Shown here: piece after piece, positions 47,177 to 55,907 of the stretch
How positions within the stretch are numbered: the first letter of the stretch is position 1
How the letters are laid out: every line of letters begins with the position of its first letter
From: a virus
Lineage: Duplodnaviria; Caudoviricetes
Virus record (IMG/VR): IMGVR_UViG_3300027976_000049
Location: 1-55,907 of that record
Direction: 5' to 3' (one strand)
Length of the DNA stretch: 55,907 nucleotides
Program-made: the position numbers and the translations under genes
Notes under the pieces: generated by a model
Told to the model about the DNA's origin: nothing
The model's input: the letters and a program-made list of their open reading frames with translations, nothing else
Databases searched by the model: none

Positions 47177-47479
47177 CTATTTTTTTAGTTCATTGTTTAT
47201 ATTATTAATAATGTCTACACAATCTTTACATTTTTCATATTCTTCAATATCTTTAAAGAATAGAATACATCTGTTTAAACTTGCTATGAACTTATCCCTA
47301 GTGAGATTAATAGAATAATTTTTAGATTGTATTGTTATTTTTACCACGTTTATTTCGTGAATTTCACGTTTATGATAGTTTTCTTTAATAGCCCGTATAA
47401 CGCTATTATATATCTCACGTTTATTGTCTTCTAATATTTGGTCAAGTGTTTCATCTCCCGTAAATTGTAGGTTTTTCAT
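47177..47479 (-). CDS. Small protein with UVR-like C-terminus
   Basis: FFKDIEEYEKC..C motif. Confidence 0.7.
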   Translation of the reverse strand: MKNLQFTGDETLDQILEDNKREIYNSVIRAIKENYHKREIHEINVVKITIQSKNYSINLTRDKFIASLNRCILFFKDIEEYEKCKDCVDIINNINNELKK

Positions 47480-47534
47480 ATACTGATATTTAGTAGCATG
47501 TAAATGCTTTTAGTATATTATACTACTATTGTAT

Positions 47535-49508
47535 TTAAGATTTAAAGAATTTACTTTTTAAATCTGTAATGTGATTTATTGTTTCTATATTAAATATACC
47601 CCTGTCAATGTTTGATGGTTCTCCTCTATTTCCTGACTGGGCGTCATTCATTTTACGTATTTCATCAAAGTTGTATTGAGACTTTCCTCCGCCTTCTCTG
47701 TGAATACTAAATATTTCCTCTTCTAACTGTTTTACATATTCTGGAGATTGACTTTCGAATGTTTCAACTGCTATATCCCAGAACTGTGATGACTCAAATA
47801 ATGAAGACATATTAACAGAAGTCATAGCTAAATCATCATTTCCATTTTGACCTCGATATACACCACCTTTAGATCTTCCAAATGATTGAAGTTCAGTTAT
47901 AGTAGATTCGTCATTTGGTATAATACGATTTATAGTAATTAAGTATTTAAATTTCTCACAATATTTAATTTTATTAGATGGTCCTAATCTGAGCCCAGGT
48001 TTTAATTTAACCGCTGCTTGTGTATGTTTAGTGTGAACCATTTGACCTTGCCAAAAATTATCATTTTCTTTTAGTCGATCCATTATGATATCTCCCTTGT
48101 GATTAAGTTCGAGCACGATACGTGTTTGTTCAGAATTAAATATATTATATATTATATGTTCGCAGGCAGTTGCGAATTCTCCAATATCTAACTCATTAGA
48201 TCTAAGGTATCCTATTTGAACTATTGAAATTGCATCCATTTCATTCTTAACTATCTCCTTTTTCTTTAATAATTCTCTAATCGGCATGCTTACTACCTTA
48301 TATATGTTTAGCACTGAATAATCAGCACCTATTCCATCTGCTGTATCTATACTAAAAACATAATTGCTCATATCTTCTCTAAAATCATTAGCCGTCTTAT
48401 TGGCATATTTTTTATGGAAGAATAGGTAATTATTAATATGTGATAATTCTTCTTGTAATATTAAATTAACTTGTTGGTATTTGGATTTAACAACGTCAAG
48501 TCTCTTAAGATCCCTTGAGTTTAATAATAATTTATCAGATGAGAAAAATTGAAGTCCGTATTCTTGATTGAAATCTTCAATAGATCCTAGATCTGCAATA
48601 ACTGCATTTTTCCAAGTGTCTCCCCTTCCTGGCACTTGCCACCAATCTACTCGTAATGGAACATAACTTGATTTTCCATCTACTGCGGATTTCCATATTT
48701 CCCAGAATTTATTTTTACCGTTTGGAGTAGATGTTAAGATAATCTTTCCATTTGGATCTGCAGTTACAGTAGGAAAAATTGCTCTATAAAATTCATCTAA
48801 ATTAGAATCATTAATGTGGGCAAATTCATCTACATATAATAAGTTAACAGTTAAACCGATACCCGATTTCTTAGTTGTTGTTCTACCGACTAGTCTAGAG
48901 TTTGAATCAAATTTAACATTACTTGCATTTATAACGCTTATGCCCGGTTTCATAAAGAACGGAAGTCCCTCTAATGATATTTTAAATTTATCTATAAGTT
49001 CTCGAGTTGTTGTAAAATTATCGGCTACGCATAGTGCTGTTTTTTCAGGATTAAATATTAGGAACCATAACATATATAATGCAGAAGTAACAGTCTTACC
49101 TGTCTGTCTACTTGCCATCAGTATATTTAAGTTGTTATTATCAAATGTATGAAGTATTTGTTCTTGAAAATCCCTAAGTCCTCCTATTGTTTTAACAAGC
49201 ATTCTCCCACTATGTGTTTGAATAATACAATAGTTTGTAATAAAGTATAAAGGATCCATTTTACACTTCTTTAGCTCTTTTAATTCAGTATGTGTGTATT
49301 CAAACGGTAGTTTTTCACGTTTAAGATTTATATCGTTGTCCTTAAATGGCGAGTTCCTTAATTTTCTAATATCTTCTATACCATTATTAATATCACTTAT
49401 TAACTTGTCTATTTTTTCAGTAGTCCATATATAATTAGAGTTATCTCCTCCTATACCGGATACTTTAATTGACGAGAAACTGCCAGTTGCTGACATTATA
49501 TCTTTCAT
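47535..49508 (-). CDS. terL: Terminase large subunit (T4 gp17-like)
   Basis: LRDFQ, SRQTGKT (Walker A), YVDEFAH (Walker B), STPNG, FNQEY, IDTADG.GADYS and NDDLAM. Confidence 0.96.
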   Translation of the reverse strand: MKDIMSATGSFSSIKVSGIGGDNSNYIWTTEKIDKLISDINNGIEDIRKLRNSPFKDNDINLKREKLPFEYTHTELKELKKCKMDPLYFITNYCIIQTHSGRMLVKTIGGLRDFQEQILHTFDNNNLNILMASRQTGKTVTSALYMLWFLIFNPEKTALCVADNFTTTRELIDKFKISLEGLPFFMKPGISVINASNVKFDSNSRLVGRTTTKKSGIGLTVNLLYVDEFAHINDSNLDEFYRAIFPTVTADPNGKIILTSTPNGKNKFWEIWKSAVDGKSSYVPLRVDWWQVPGRGDTWKNAVIADLGSIEDFNQEYGLQFFSSDKLLLNSRDLKRLDVVKSKYQQVNLILQEELSHINNYLFFHKKYANKTANDFREDMSNYVFSIDTADGIGADYSVLNIYKVVSMPIRELLKKKEIVKNEMDAISIVQIGYLRSNELDIGEFATACEHIIYNIFNSEQTRIVLELNHKGDIIMDRLKENDNFWQGQMVHTKHTQAAVKLKPGLRLGPSNKIKYCEKFKYLITINRIIPNDESTITELQSFGRSKGGVYRGQNGNDDLAMTSVNMSSLFESSQFWDIAVETFESQSPEYVKQLEEEIFSIHREGGGKSQYNFDEIRKMNDAQSGNRGEPSNIDRGIFNIETINHITDLKSKFFKS

Positions 49509-49512
49509 ATGA

Positions 49513-50268
49513 TTATATTATTTCCTCAAGATCAATAAAGTCATCATTTATGTCCTCATTGATTGTGATGTCTTCGTCAATATTCCTAAGTAATGTTTGT
49601 TTATTAGTTGGATCTATTAGATCACTATGTTTAGCATGCAAGTTTTTATCATATTCACTAAAATCAGATTCACTAATTTCTATTTCATCTAAACTATCTA
49701 TCATATTTTTAGTTCCGACAGATAAAAAGAATTGACCTTCTTCCTGTTTAGATTTGATAACAGCTGAATCTGGGTTGACTGGAGCTTCACTATTTAACTT
49801 TTTATATGTATCTTCAAGGAAAAGTACATAATTTGCTTGCATTTTAGTAATATTAGCCATTTTATCCTGAAGTTGCCCCATTACTTCTAATAAACGAGGA
49901 TGAGTATTACCAGATGATATTTCTTCCATAACCTTCATTATAGTAATCTTTAATGTTCGTAGTTGAAAGAAAAGATTAGATATGTTTATTGTATCTAACT
50001 CTTTTTTATGTCGAGCATAATCATTGTTCTCGAATATTCCAATATCTACAAAGTTTTTAAATAGTGAATCTGTGATTTGTCTAGCTTTTACTGTATATTC
50101 GTCACTCATTTTCTCAAAGTCGTATGGACTAGGTGCACGAGTTTCCATTGCTAATTCGTTATCAACAAGTAAGTCCTCATTTGGTTGAGAGCTAATAGTA
50201 CTCAACAATGATTCTATCTCATTTTTTAGAATGTTCCGGTTTTCCTTTCTAATTTTTCCGTCTGACAT
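49513..50268 (-). CDS. Putative terminase small subunit (gp16-like)
   Basis: HPRLLEVMGQL motif, directly upstream of terL. Confidence 0.65.
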   Translation of the reverse strand: MSDGKIRKENRNILKNEIESLLSTISSQPNEDLLVDNELAMETRAPSPYDFEKMSDEYTVKARQITDSLFKNFVDIGIFENNDYARHKKELDTINISNLFFQLRTLKITIMKVMEEISSGNTHPRLLEVMGQLQDKMANITKMQANYVLFLEDTYKKLNSEAPVNPDSAVIKSKQEEGQFFLSVGTKNMIDSLDEIEISESDFSEYDKNLHAKHSDLIDPTNKQTLLRNIDEDITINEDINDDFIDLEEII

Positions 50269-50529
50269 TTAGTTAATTTTATTTTCATACTTATCAACTG
50301 CCGGATTTGCGAATATTTTAATCTGCTTTACGGATTCAATCCAGTTATAGACGATATCATTAATACGTTTAATGAATATATCTAAATCTTCATTTACTCC
50401 AAACATTTGATTAGACAAGGTATTTTTCATTATATTATCCTTGTAATCATATCCAATATGCATTCTCTTTTCCCTTCTCTCGTAAATGGGTCTGTATATA
50501 CTATCTTTTACCATATTATTATATATCAA
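50269..50529 (-). CDS. Small baseplate-associated protein
   Basis: 86 aa, overlapping the end of the wedge gene. Confidence 0.6.
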   Translation of the reverse strand: MIYNNMVKDSIYRPIYERREKRMHIGYDYKDNIMKNTLSNQMFGVNEDLDIFIKRINDIVYNWIESVKQIKIFANPAVDKYENKIN

Positions 50530-52189
50530 CAGCTGGCCTAGCTACGATATCATTTATTTTAATGTTAACTGCTCCTAGTGAATCTTCTGGAATTCCTTCA
50601 CTATATTCATTTCCATGTCGGTCTATAAATCCTCCTCTAACGAGAGGAAGTTCATTTCCACTAATTATTATATCATTAAATTCATCAAGTCCTATTAGTT
50701 TAGCGTTTGCATTTAATTTTTTAGCGTCTTCGTTTATTTGTGAAACTATTGTTATTGCAACTGAATCAATTCCGTTGATTTCTTCTATAATCTTAATTAA
50801 GTCACTCTTTGGAATTCTATGTCTACGTGTATTCTGTACAAAATAGCTACCAAGTTTAGTATATATATCATTTTTAATAATTTCGGGTGGTATATCATCG
50901 AACACAATTACTGATAAATTAACAACATATCTAACTACTATTGGATCAACTAGTTTTATATCAGATCCAATAAGTTTAGTTCCTGATTTTTCTAGATATT
51001 TCAGAAGTTCAGATTTCTGATATTCACTCAATTTAAATCTATCTAAATCTGCTGAATAATATTCTTGCGAATTATCAAATGTCTTTCTAATATCAGGTAC
51101 TAGAAATAAGTTTAACATCCTACTATCAAGTTTATCTAAATAAACAGAAATAAGTGAGAATATATTAAGTTTTCGTAAGTGTACAATATAATGTTCCTCA
51201 TTAATTAATGCAAAACTTTTAGATTGATGAGGAGCAATAAGCTTAGTTAATTCTGAATTTTCAGGATTAGCTCCAAAGAATGGAGGTTGAGTAGTGTTAA
51301 TTATAATATAATCATTTAATTCAACTTCATCTCCTAATATTGTAAATCCTGTATCCTCGAATATATATTTAACATTAGATGGATCATTAGTTCTAATATT
51401 ACCACGAGGTCCCTCGTTAACTAAATACTCTACAATAATTTCAGATCCTCTACTTGGAATTAAACCCATTGAATTATTTCCAAAGTAAATATCAAGTCCG
51501 TTAGTTATTCCAGTTTTAGATATGTAACCTTTTGCTCCTCTTGGTATATCAAGAAGAGATCTATAATGTTTCCATTTTTCTCCATTAACATATACATTCA
51601 CAAAAAAGTTATCGATGAAGAAATTTTGAGGGCTTCCAATTGAGAAACTGTCAAGTGGTAATCCCTTTGCTACTACTGTTTGTGTTTCAAGAATACCTTG
51701 CCTAACATTTAATTTTAATCCATCATCTTTTCCATTTAATGAAAATCTAACTTCATCTTGTGGTAAATCTAAAATATAAGAAAGTCCATTATTCTCACAT
51801 GTTATCTTAGATAAATTTGGTAAAATTACATAGTCTACTGGAAAATCTTCAGCATCAGTATTAATGAATAATGATATTTCTCCTGATGCAGATATTGCCC
51901 GGCTTGGATTATGCCCAGATAGTGATGCTAACGAATAAATCGAGGTAAGCCTAGATGCTTCATTAATATTAAGTTCAGTTATTGCATCTTCTATGTAGTA
52001 AAATATTAACTGTGTTAAATTTTCAACAACTATTAATATCTGACCAAACGGAGATGCCGCAGTGAATACTGATTTACTTTGATTAAATCTACCTGATAGG
52101 TATTGTACGGTATCTACTATAATATCTTCAATTGTCGCTCTAAGCGTTTTAAATATTTTATAGCTTCCTAATTGAGTGTTACTTGCCAT
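50519..52189 (-). CDS. Baseplate wedge protein (T4 gp6-like)
   Basis: SIYSLASLSGHNP.RAISA, VYVNGEKW, IYFGN...G.IP..G..I.VEYL..EG..GN and ALINEEHY. Confidence 0.88.
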   Translation of the reverse strand: MASNTQLGSYKIFKTLRATIEDIIVDTVQYLSGRFNQSKSVFTAASPFGQILIVVENLTQLIFYYIEDAITELNINEASRLTSIYSLASLSGHNPSRAISASGEISLFINTDAEDFPVDYVILPNLSKITCENNGLSYILDLPQDEVRFSLNGKDDGLKLNVRQGILETQTVVAKGLPLDSFSIGSPQNFFIDNFFVNVYVNGEKWKHYRSLLDIPRGAKGYISKTGITNGLDIYFGNNSMGLIPSRGSEIIVEYLVNEGPRGNIRTNDPSNVKYIFEDTGFTILGDEVELNDYIIINTTQPPFFGANPENSELTKLIAPHQSKSFALINEEHYIVHLRKLNIFSLISVYLDKLDSRMLNLFLVPDIRKTFDNSQEYYSADLDRFKLSEYQKSELLKYLEKSGTKLIGSDIKLVDPIVVRYVVNLSVIVFDDIPPEIIKNDIYTKLGSYFVQNTRRHRIPKSDLIKIIEEINGIDSVAITIVSQINEDAKKLNANAKLIGLDEFNDIIISGNELPLVRGGFIDRHGNEYSEGIPEDSLGAVNIKINDIVARPAVDI

Positions 52190-52206
52190 TCAGATTACTT
52201 CTATTT

Positions 52207-52218
52207 TTATTATTTATC
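52207..52218 (-). promoter_or_regulatory. Late-type promoter motif GATAAATAATAA
   Basis: Upstream of the wedge gene, divergent from AATAAATAAATA at 52271. Confidence 0.65.
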
Positions 52219-52299
52219 TGCGAATTAACGATTCTAATGATAACATATTTATTTAACCGAGGTTACGACAAATAAATAAATAAAAGATTGTGTATTCGC

Positions 52300-53616
52300 A
52301 TGTATAAAGAGCTAGATAAAAGTAAAATCTATGAGAATTCGATATTATCGTTTTCATTCGAGTTTAAATCCCCGATTAGGCGTAGAGACCTAGCTTCAAA
52401 ATTATCTAATAACTTAGGAAAAAAAGTTAATTGGTTCAAGGGAGTAGACGAGAGTTTTAAAGCAACTAAAGATATTTTTAAACTTTCTAACAAATTTAAT
52501 GCTAATACTAAGACATTTATTTTTGAGACAGGATTTCAGCCGTATCAAGAATCAATGCATACAATGTTGAAGGTTATGAACATCGTAGATCACTTCGGGC
52601 ACACTGACGATCGTTGCGAGGTTAAGGTGAATATATCAATAAACGAAAGACATATTGAGTCCGGCGTTAATATTTCAAAATTGAATAAATTCAAGTATTT
52701 AATTGGACTAAACGAAGAAAGCATTTTAAAAGACTGGAATACTGATTCTACTGAGCGACATAAGATTAATAGAAATCAATATTTTCATGTCCATGCAAAG
52801 GATCCTTATAATACTATTATGACATCGTCATTAGTTGAGCGAATGGATCCGCACAGATTCAATTTTCCTCACTCTGATTTTTTTGGACATGATTTTTCTA
52901 AGCTAAATGAAGGATTTCTTACAATAAGCTATATTGGAGGAAAAGATTACCAGAAGAGAAAACAAGAGGCAACTAATACTATTAATACGATAATTCATCG
53001 ATTATATGAGACATTGTCAACAAATTATCAATATGGAATTGATGAAAAACGAAAAATAGAGAAAATTGTTGAAGAATATACAAATACAGTTAAGTCTACT
53101 AAGAACCCATGGGATCTTAAAGCTAATTATCCTAAAATAAACTTATATTACGGATTGAGCCCGAGTTCATATCTAGTAGAAGCAAACTATCACTACTTTA
53201 GAGATAAAATATTTGAACTTTTAGTGTTTGGTGGAGTTACCGAAGCTAGTATAAATTACGATGACGAACGAAAGGTAATTCAGGTTAAAGATGCTAAGAT
53301 TGATAAAAATATTATTATAGAAAATTTTGAATTCTATAATTGTATAATTGAAGCGGACGCAAAAAAATGTTTATTTAGCGATTGTACTATTAATAACTCG
53401 AAATTAGAAGAGTGTGACATCATGACAAATAATTATATTAAAAATTCCAAGGTGATTGAATGTAAATATCATGGAGGTGGTAATGAAATTACAAATAGTC
53501 ATATATCAAATAACCCTAAGGATATGATAGACGGAGAGCTTAAAAATTGCTTAGTAAGTAAGGGTAATTTCAAATCTTCGGCATCAGTTGATAAGAATAC
53601 TATTGTATTAAACTGA
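52300..53616 (+). CDS. Amidoligase-like N-terminal domain plus beta-helix-like C-terminus
   Basis: SFSFEF, FETG, TDDRCEVKVNIS and ISYIGGKDY resemble a degenerate amidoligase_2. The C-terminus has 5-residue NS/DC repeats. Confidence 0.55.
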   Translation: MYKELDKSKIYENSILSFSFEFKSPIRRRDLASKLSNNLGKKVNWFKGVDESFKATKDIFKLSNKFNANTKTFIFETGFQPYQESMHTMLKVMNIVDHFGHTDDRCEVKVNISINERHIESGVNISKLNKFKYLIGLNEESILKDWNTDSTERHKINRNQYFHVHAKDPYNTIMTSSLVERMDPHRFNFPHSDFFGHDFSKLNEGFLTISYIGGKDYQKRKQEATNTINTIIHRLYETLSTNYQYGIDEKRKIEKIVEEYTNTVKSTKNPWDLKANYPKINLYYGLSPSSYLVEANYHYFRDKIFELLVFGGVTEASINYDDERKVIQVKDAKIDKNIIIENFEFYNCIIEADAKKCLFSDCTINNSKLEECDIMTNNYIKNSKVIECKYHGGGNEITNSHISNNPKDMIDGELKNCLVSKGNFKSSASVDKNTIVLN

Positions 53617-53657
53617 TGATTAAGTGTTAATAAATAAAAAAAATATAGGATAACTGG

Positions 53658-55052
53658 ATGTCAATATATAGTAAATTAGGGGGAATTAGAAAACTAAGTA
53701 ATTCTAGTTTAACCTCAATCGTAGATGTTACAAATTTAAATTTTAGAAGTTTATCGGACGCGACATTAGGGTTCTTAAATAATATAAAATATAATGAAAG
53801 TACTAATTCATTATCATCATTCAAGGGATCATTTGATCACGTTGATATATCAAATACATTATCTCTAAAAGTAGATGGAATTCCTACGTTTACTATAAAC
53901 ACACATGGTAAAGCAACAGGACGGGAATTACTTGTAGTAGTTTCAGAATCAAAACGACATAGATTTACGGATTTTAATGATTGGCCAGAAACAGGAGTTC
54001 CAGGAGAAGTAATTTACACTGGTGTTCAAAACCAACAACCTGGATTCGGAGAAGATTTCATAGGATATTTAAGTGGTAGAGGATGGGTAAGTTTAACTAA
54101 TTTAACTGCGCCAGTTGACGGCTTATATTTATTACCTGAAGTAGGAAGCCCTATTGTTATACCAACTGTTCCAAATGGACAGGGATTAGTGTGGATAGGA
54201 CCTCCTGGATCTGAACTTAATTATAATCCCGTTAATACAACAGTTTATTTTACAGATGATGACGGTAATACATTTGATATATTACAAGATTTTGCATGGG
54301 ATGTAATTGGAGCTAACGCAAAATTTAAACTACAAGGAAAAGCTGTAATTGGAGATAGTTCAAATATTGGAAAGTTTCAATATGTAGACGGGAACGAGAC
54401 ACCTGGATATATTCTTACATCAGATGGAGCAGGTAATGCAAACTGGGCACCTAATTCTGGAGCAAACACAATTGGAGCAACTAACCTGGCATACTGGGAA
54501 ACTACTTCATTTACATCCAATATAGCAGAGACAATTATACATGATTTAGGAACATTAAACGTAGTGCTAAATGTAGTAGATGTTACTACTAACGAAAGTG
54601 TTGAAGCTCATATAGATAATTATCAAATTAATTCATTTGATGTTACGCTATCAGATACTAATCCTAATATTAAAATCGTTGTGATGGGAGCGGGAGCTAG
54701 CTTATCGTCGACATCATCAATGATAATGTCGCCTGACGATAAATTTTTAGTTGCACTAGATACAACGACGGATGGAGATCTTGCATCTAATAATGGTATC
54801 ACTAACACTCCGATTGATGGGTGTTATGTAGTATTATATATAAACGGTCAAGAAATTGAAGTAGGAAACGGTATAGCTACAAAGTCATGCTTTTTAGCAA
54901 ACTCTGCCACTCCAACTATACCTAAAGGATTTAGCTCAGGTCATGTAAATGGTCAAGTAACATCAGGAGATAAAATATATTGGAATGGAAGTATTGCTGG
55001 TTTTGAATTAAATACAACTGACCGAATCTCTTTACATTACTTAACTGTTTAA
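53658..55052 (+). CDS. Putative tail or baseplate structural protein
   Basis: GYILTSDGAGNANW and IIHDLGT...VLNVVD fibre-like motifs. Confidence 0.7.
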   Translation: MSIYSKLGGIRKLSNSSLTSIVDVTNLNFRSLSDATLGFLNNIKYNESTNSLSSFKGSFDHVDISNTLSLKVDGIPTFTINTHGKATGRELLVVVSESKRHRFTDFNDWPETGVPGEVIYTGVQNQQPGFGEDFIGYLSGRGWVSLTNLTAPVDGLYLLPEVGSPIVIPTVPNGQGLVWIGPPGSELNYNPVNTTVYFTDDDGNTFDILQDFAWDVIGANAKFKLQGKAVIGDSSNIGKFQYVDGNETPGYILTSDGAGNANWAPNSGANTIGATNLAYWETTSFTSNIAETIIHDLGTLNVVLNVVDVTTNESVEAHIDNYQINSFDVTLSDTNPNIKIVVMGAGASLSSTSSMIMSPDDKFLVALDTTTDGDLASNNGITNTPIDGCYVVLYINGQEIEVGNGIATKSCFLANSATPTIPKGFSSGHVNGQVTSGDKIYWNGSIAGFELNTTDRISLHYLTV

Positions 55053-55093
55053 TAATGCAGTTATTAAATAAATAATAAAAAAATAACAAGTAG

Positions 55094-55907
55094 ATGTCTA
55101 GATTACCTTTTAAACAATTACAAGACGGAGCACAGAGTATATCCGGCACAGGTATAATAATATTAGAACCAAGTTCTATTGTTAGAATCGACACGGCTAC
55201 TATTGTAAATTTAGCGGATATCGTTAATAAAGAATATGTCGATATTAACATATTAGCACTAACTGCAAGTAACGGCCTTACTAAGACTGGAGTAGATACT
55301 AAATTAGGTGGAACTTTAACTGTAGATACTAATTTAGCTTTAGACTCTTTTACTCTAGGAATAACTGGAGAAGGTAACCTTAATACTGAAATTACTTTTC
55401 CCACCTCTATTGATTCTATTTTTGACCAAACTGGTGCAGATCTATTTGGATTAAAAGCTTTGGTTCCCCTTCCCAATGGAGTAAATGGAAAGGGTATAAT
55501 GTATGTTGAGGACGCATCTAATTTTATTGATAGTAATGCTGCTAGAATACTAGCAGGAAACCTTAGTGATTTTGGGTTGCCTGGAACAGGAACGGCTATT
55601 AGCATAGGAGTAGGCGATTTTAGTGGAAATATTGCAGATAACATTCTCGCTATGTTTACTGACTATGCTGCTGGTGAATCTACAATTTATGCTGGCACTA
55701 CAGGATATGATAGTGGAAATAGTATGATTGTGTTATCAGCCGATCACAATGACGATATAATATACTCAGGATTGCAATTACGAATTGGCGGTCCTACAGG
55801 TAATAAAGCAGTGATTTTACATAATGACAATTGGAGTGTACAAGATGATGTAAATAGTACAGGATATAGATTTCCTTGGGCAAATGGTACAGCAGGGCAG
55901 GTACTAG
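55094..55907 (+). CDS. Partial tail-fibre-like protein (runs off window)
   Basis: ATG 55094 follows TAAATAATAAA. MSRLPLKQLQ...DIVNKEYVD...TASNGLTKTG...KLGGTL. Confidence 0.8.
   Translation, partial: MSRLPFKQLQDGAQSISGTGIIILEPSSIVRIDTATIVNLADIVNKEYVDINILALTASNGLTKTGVDTKLGGTLTVDTNLALDSFTLGITGEGNLNTEITFPTSIDSIFDQTGADLFGLKALVPLPNGVNGKGIMYVEDASNFIDSNAARILAGNLSDFGLPGTGTAISIGVGDFSGNIADNILAMFTDYAAGESTIYAGTTGYDSGNSMIVLSADHNDDIIYSGLQLRIGGPTGNKAVILHNDNWSVQDDVNSTGYRFPWANGTAGQVL

Noticed and set aside
47535-49508. Intein or intron in the terminase
   Set aside because: Motifs are colinear with no splice-junction signatures. The modest extra length is not intein-like.
833-50846. Many 60-130 aa opposite-strand ORFs nested in longer genes
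   Set aside because: They overlap well-supported genes, mostly start at TTG or GTG, and have no recognisable motifs.
54931-55644. 237-aa minus-strand ORF
   Set aside because: Shadow of the real plus-strand gene starting at 55094, which the ORF track missed because it has no stop in the window.
1-55907. Stop-codon reassignment as in some jumbo phages
   Set aside because: Conserved genes are intact under code 11, and TAG, TGA and TAA all end genes at sensible positions (e.g. the ligase ends in TAG).
1-55907. tRNA genes
   Set aside because: No cloverleaf with a T-loop GTTCRA and acceptor stem was seen by eye in intergenic gaps. A tRNAscan-SE run would confirm.

Overview
AT-rich segment of a large (jumbo-type) T4-like tailed phage, probably infecting a Bacteroidota host. 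The host inference rests on a Bacteroidota-type ClpP N-terminus, A-rich translation starts without Shine-Dalgarno motifs and a DUF4494-like gene. The standard genetic code is used. Bases 1-13,200 are a mosaic accessory region on the minus strand: GH19 and GH73 lysins, UvsE, DenV, UDG-like and NDT-like genes, YopX, cupin, several gene fragments, recombination scars and an attC-like site. Bases 13,200-33,000 hold many genes behind an (A/G)ATAAATA late-type promoter whose products share a short terminal (K/N)-F-x-x-(F/W)...(N)E tag: a peptidase, OmpA-like, ParB-like, DUF192, NUDIX, ATP-grasp-like, muralytic, annexin-like and pre-toxin-TG-like proteins, plus DNA ligase. Bases 33,000-35,300 form a DUF6378-ClpP-T4-type beta-glucosyltransferase cluster. 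Bases 35,400-55,900 contain head, tail and baseplate genes, an ECF-type sigma factor and the small and large terminases. The most unusual signal is a ~70-nt structured element at 22773-22844 that is complementary, in two permuted blocks, to 23S rRNA helices 69-71. All family calls come from motif recognition by eye, not database searches.
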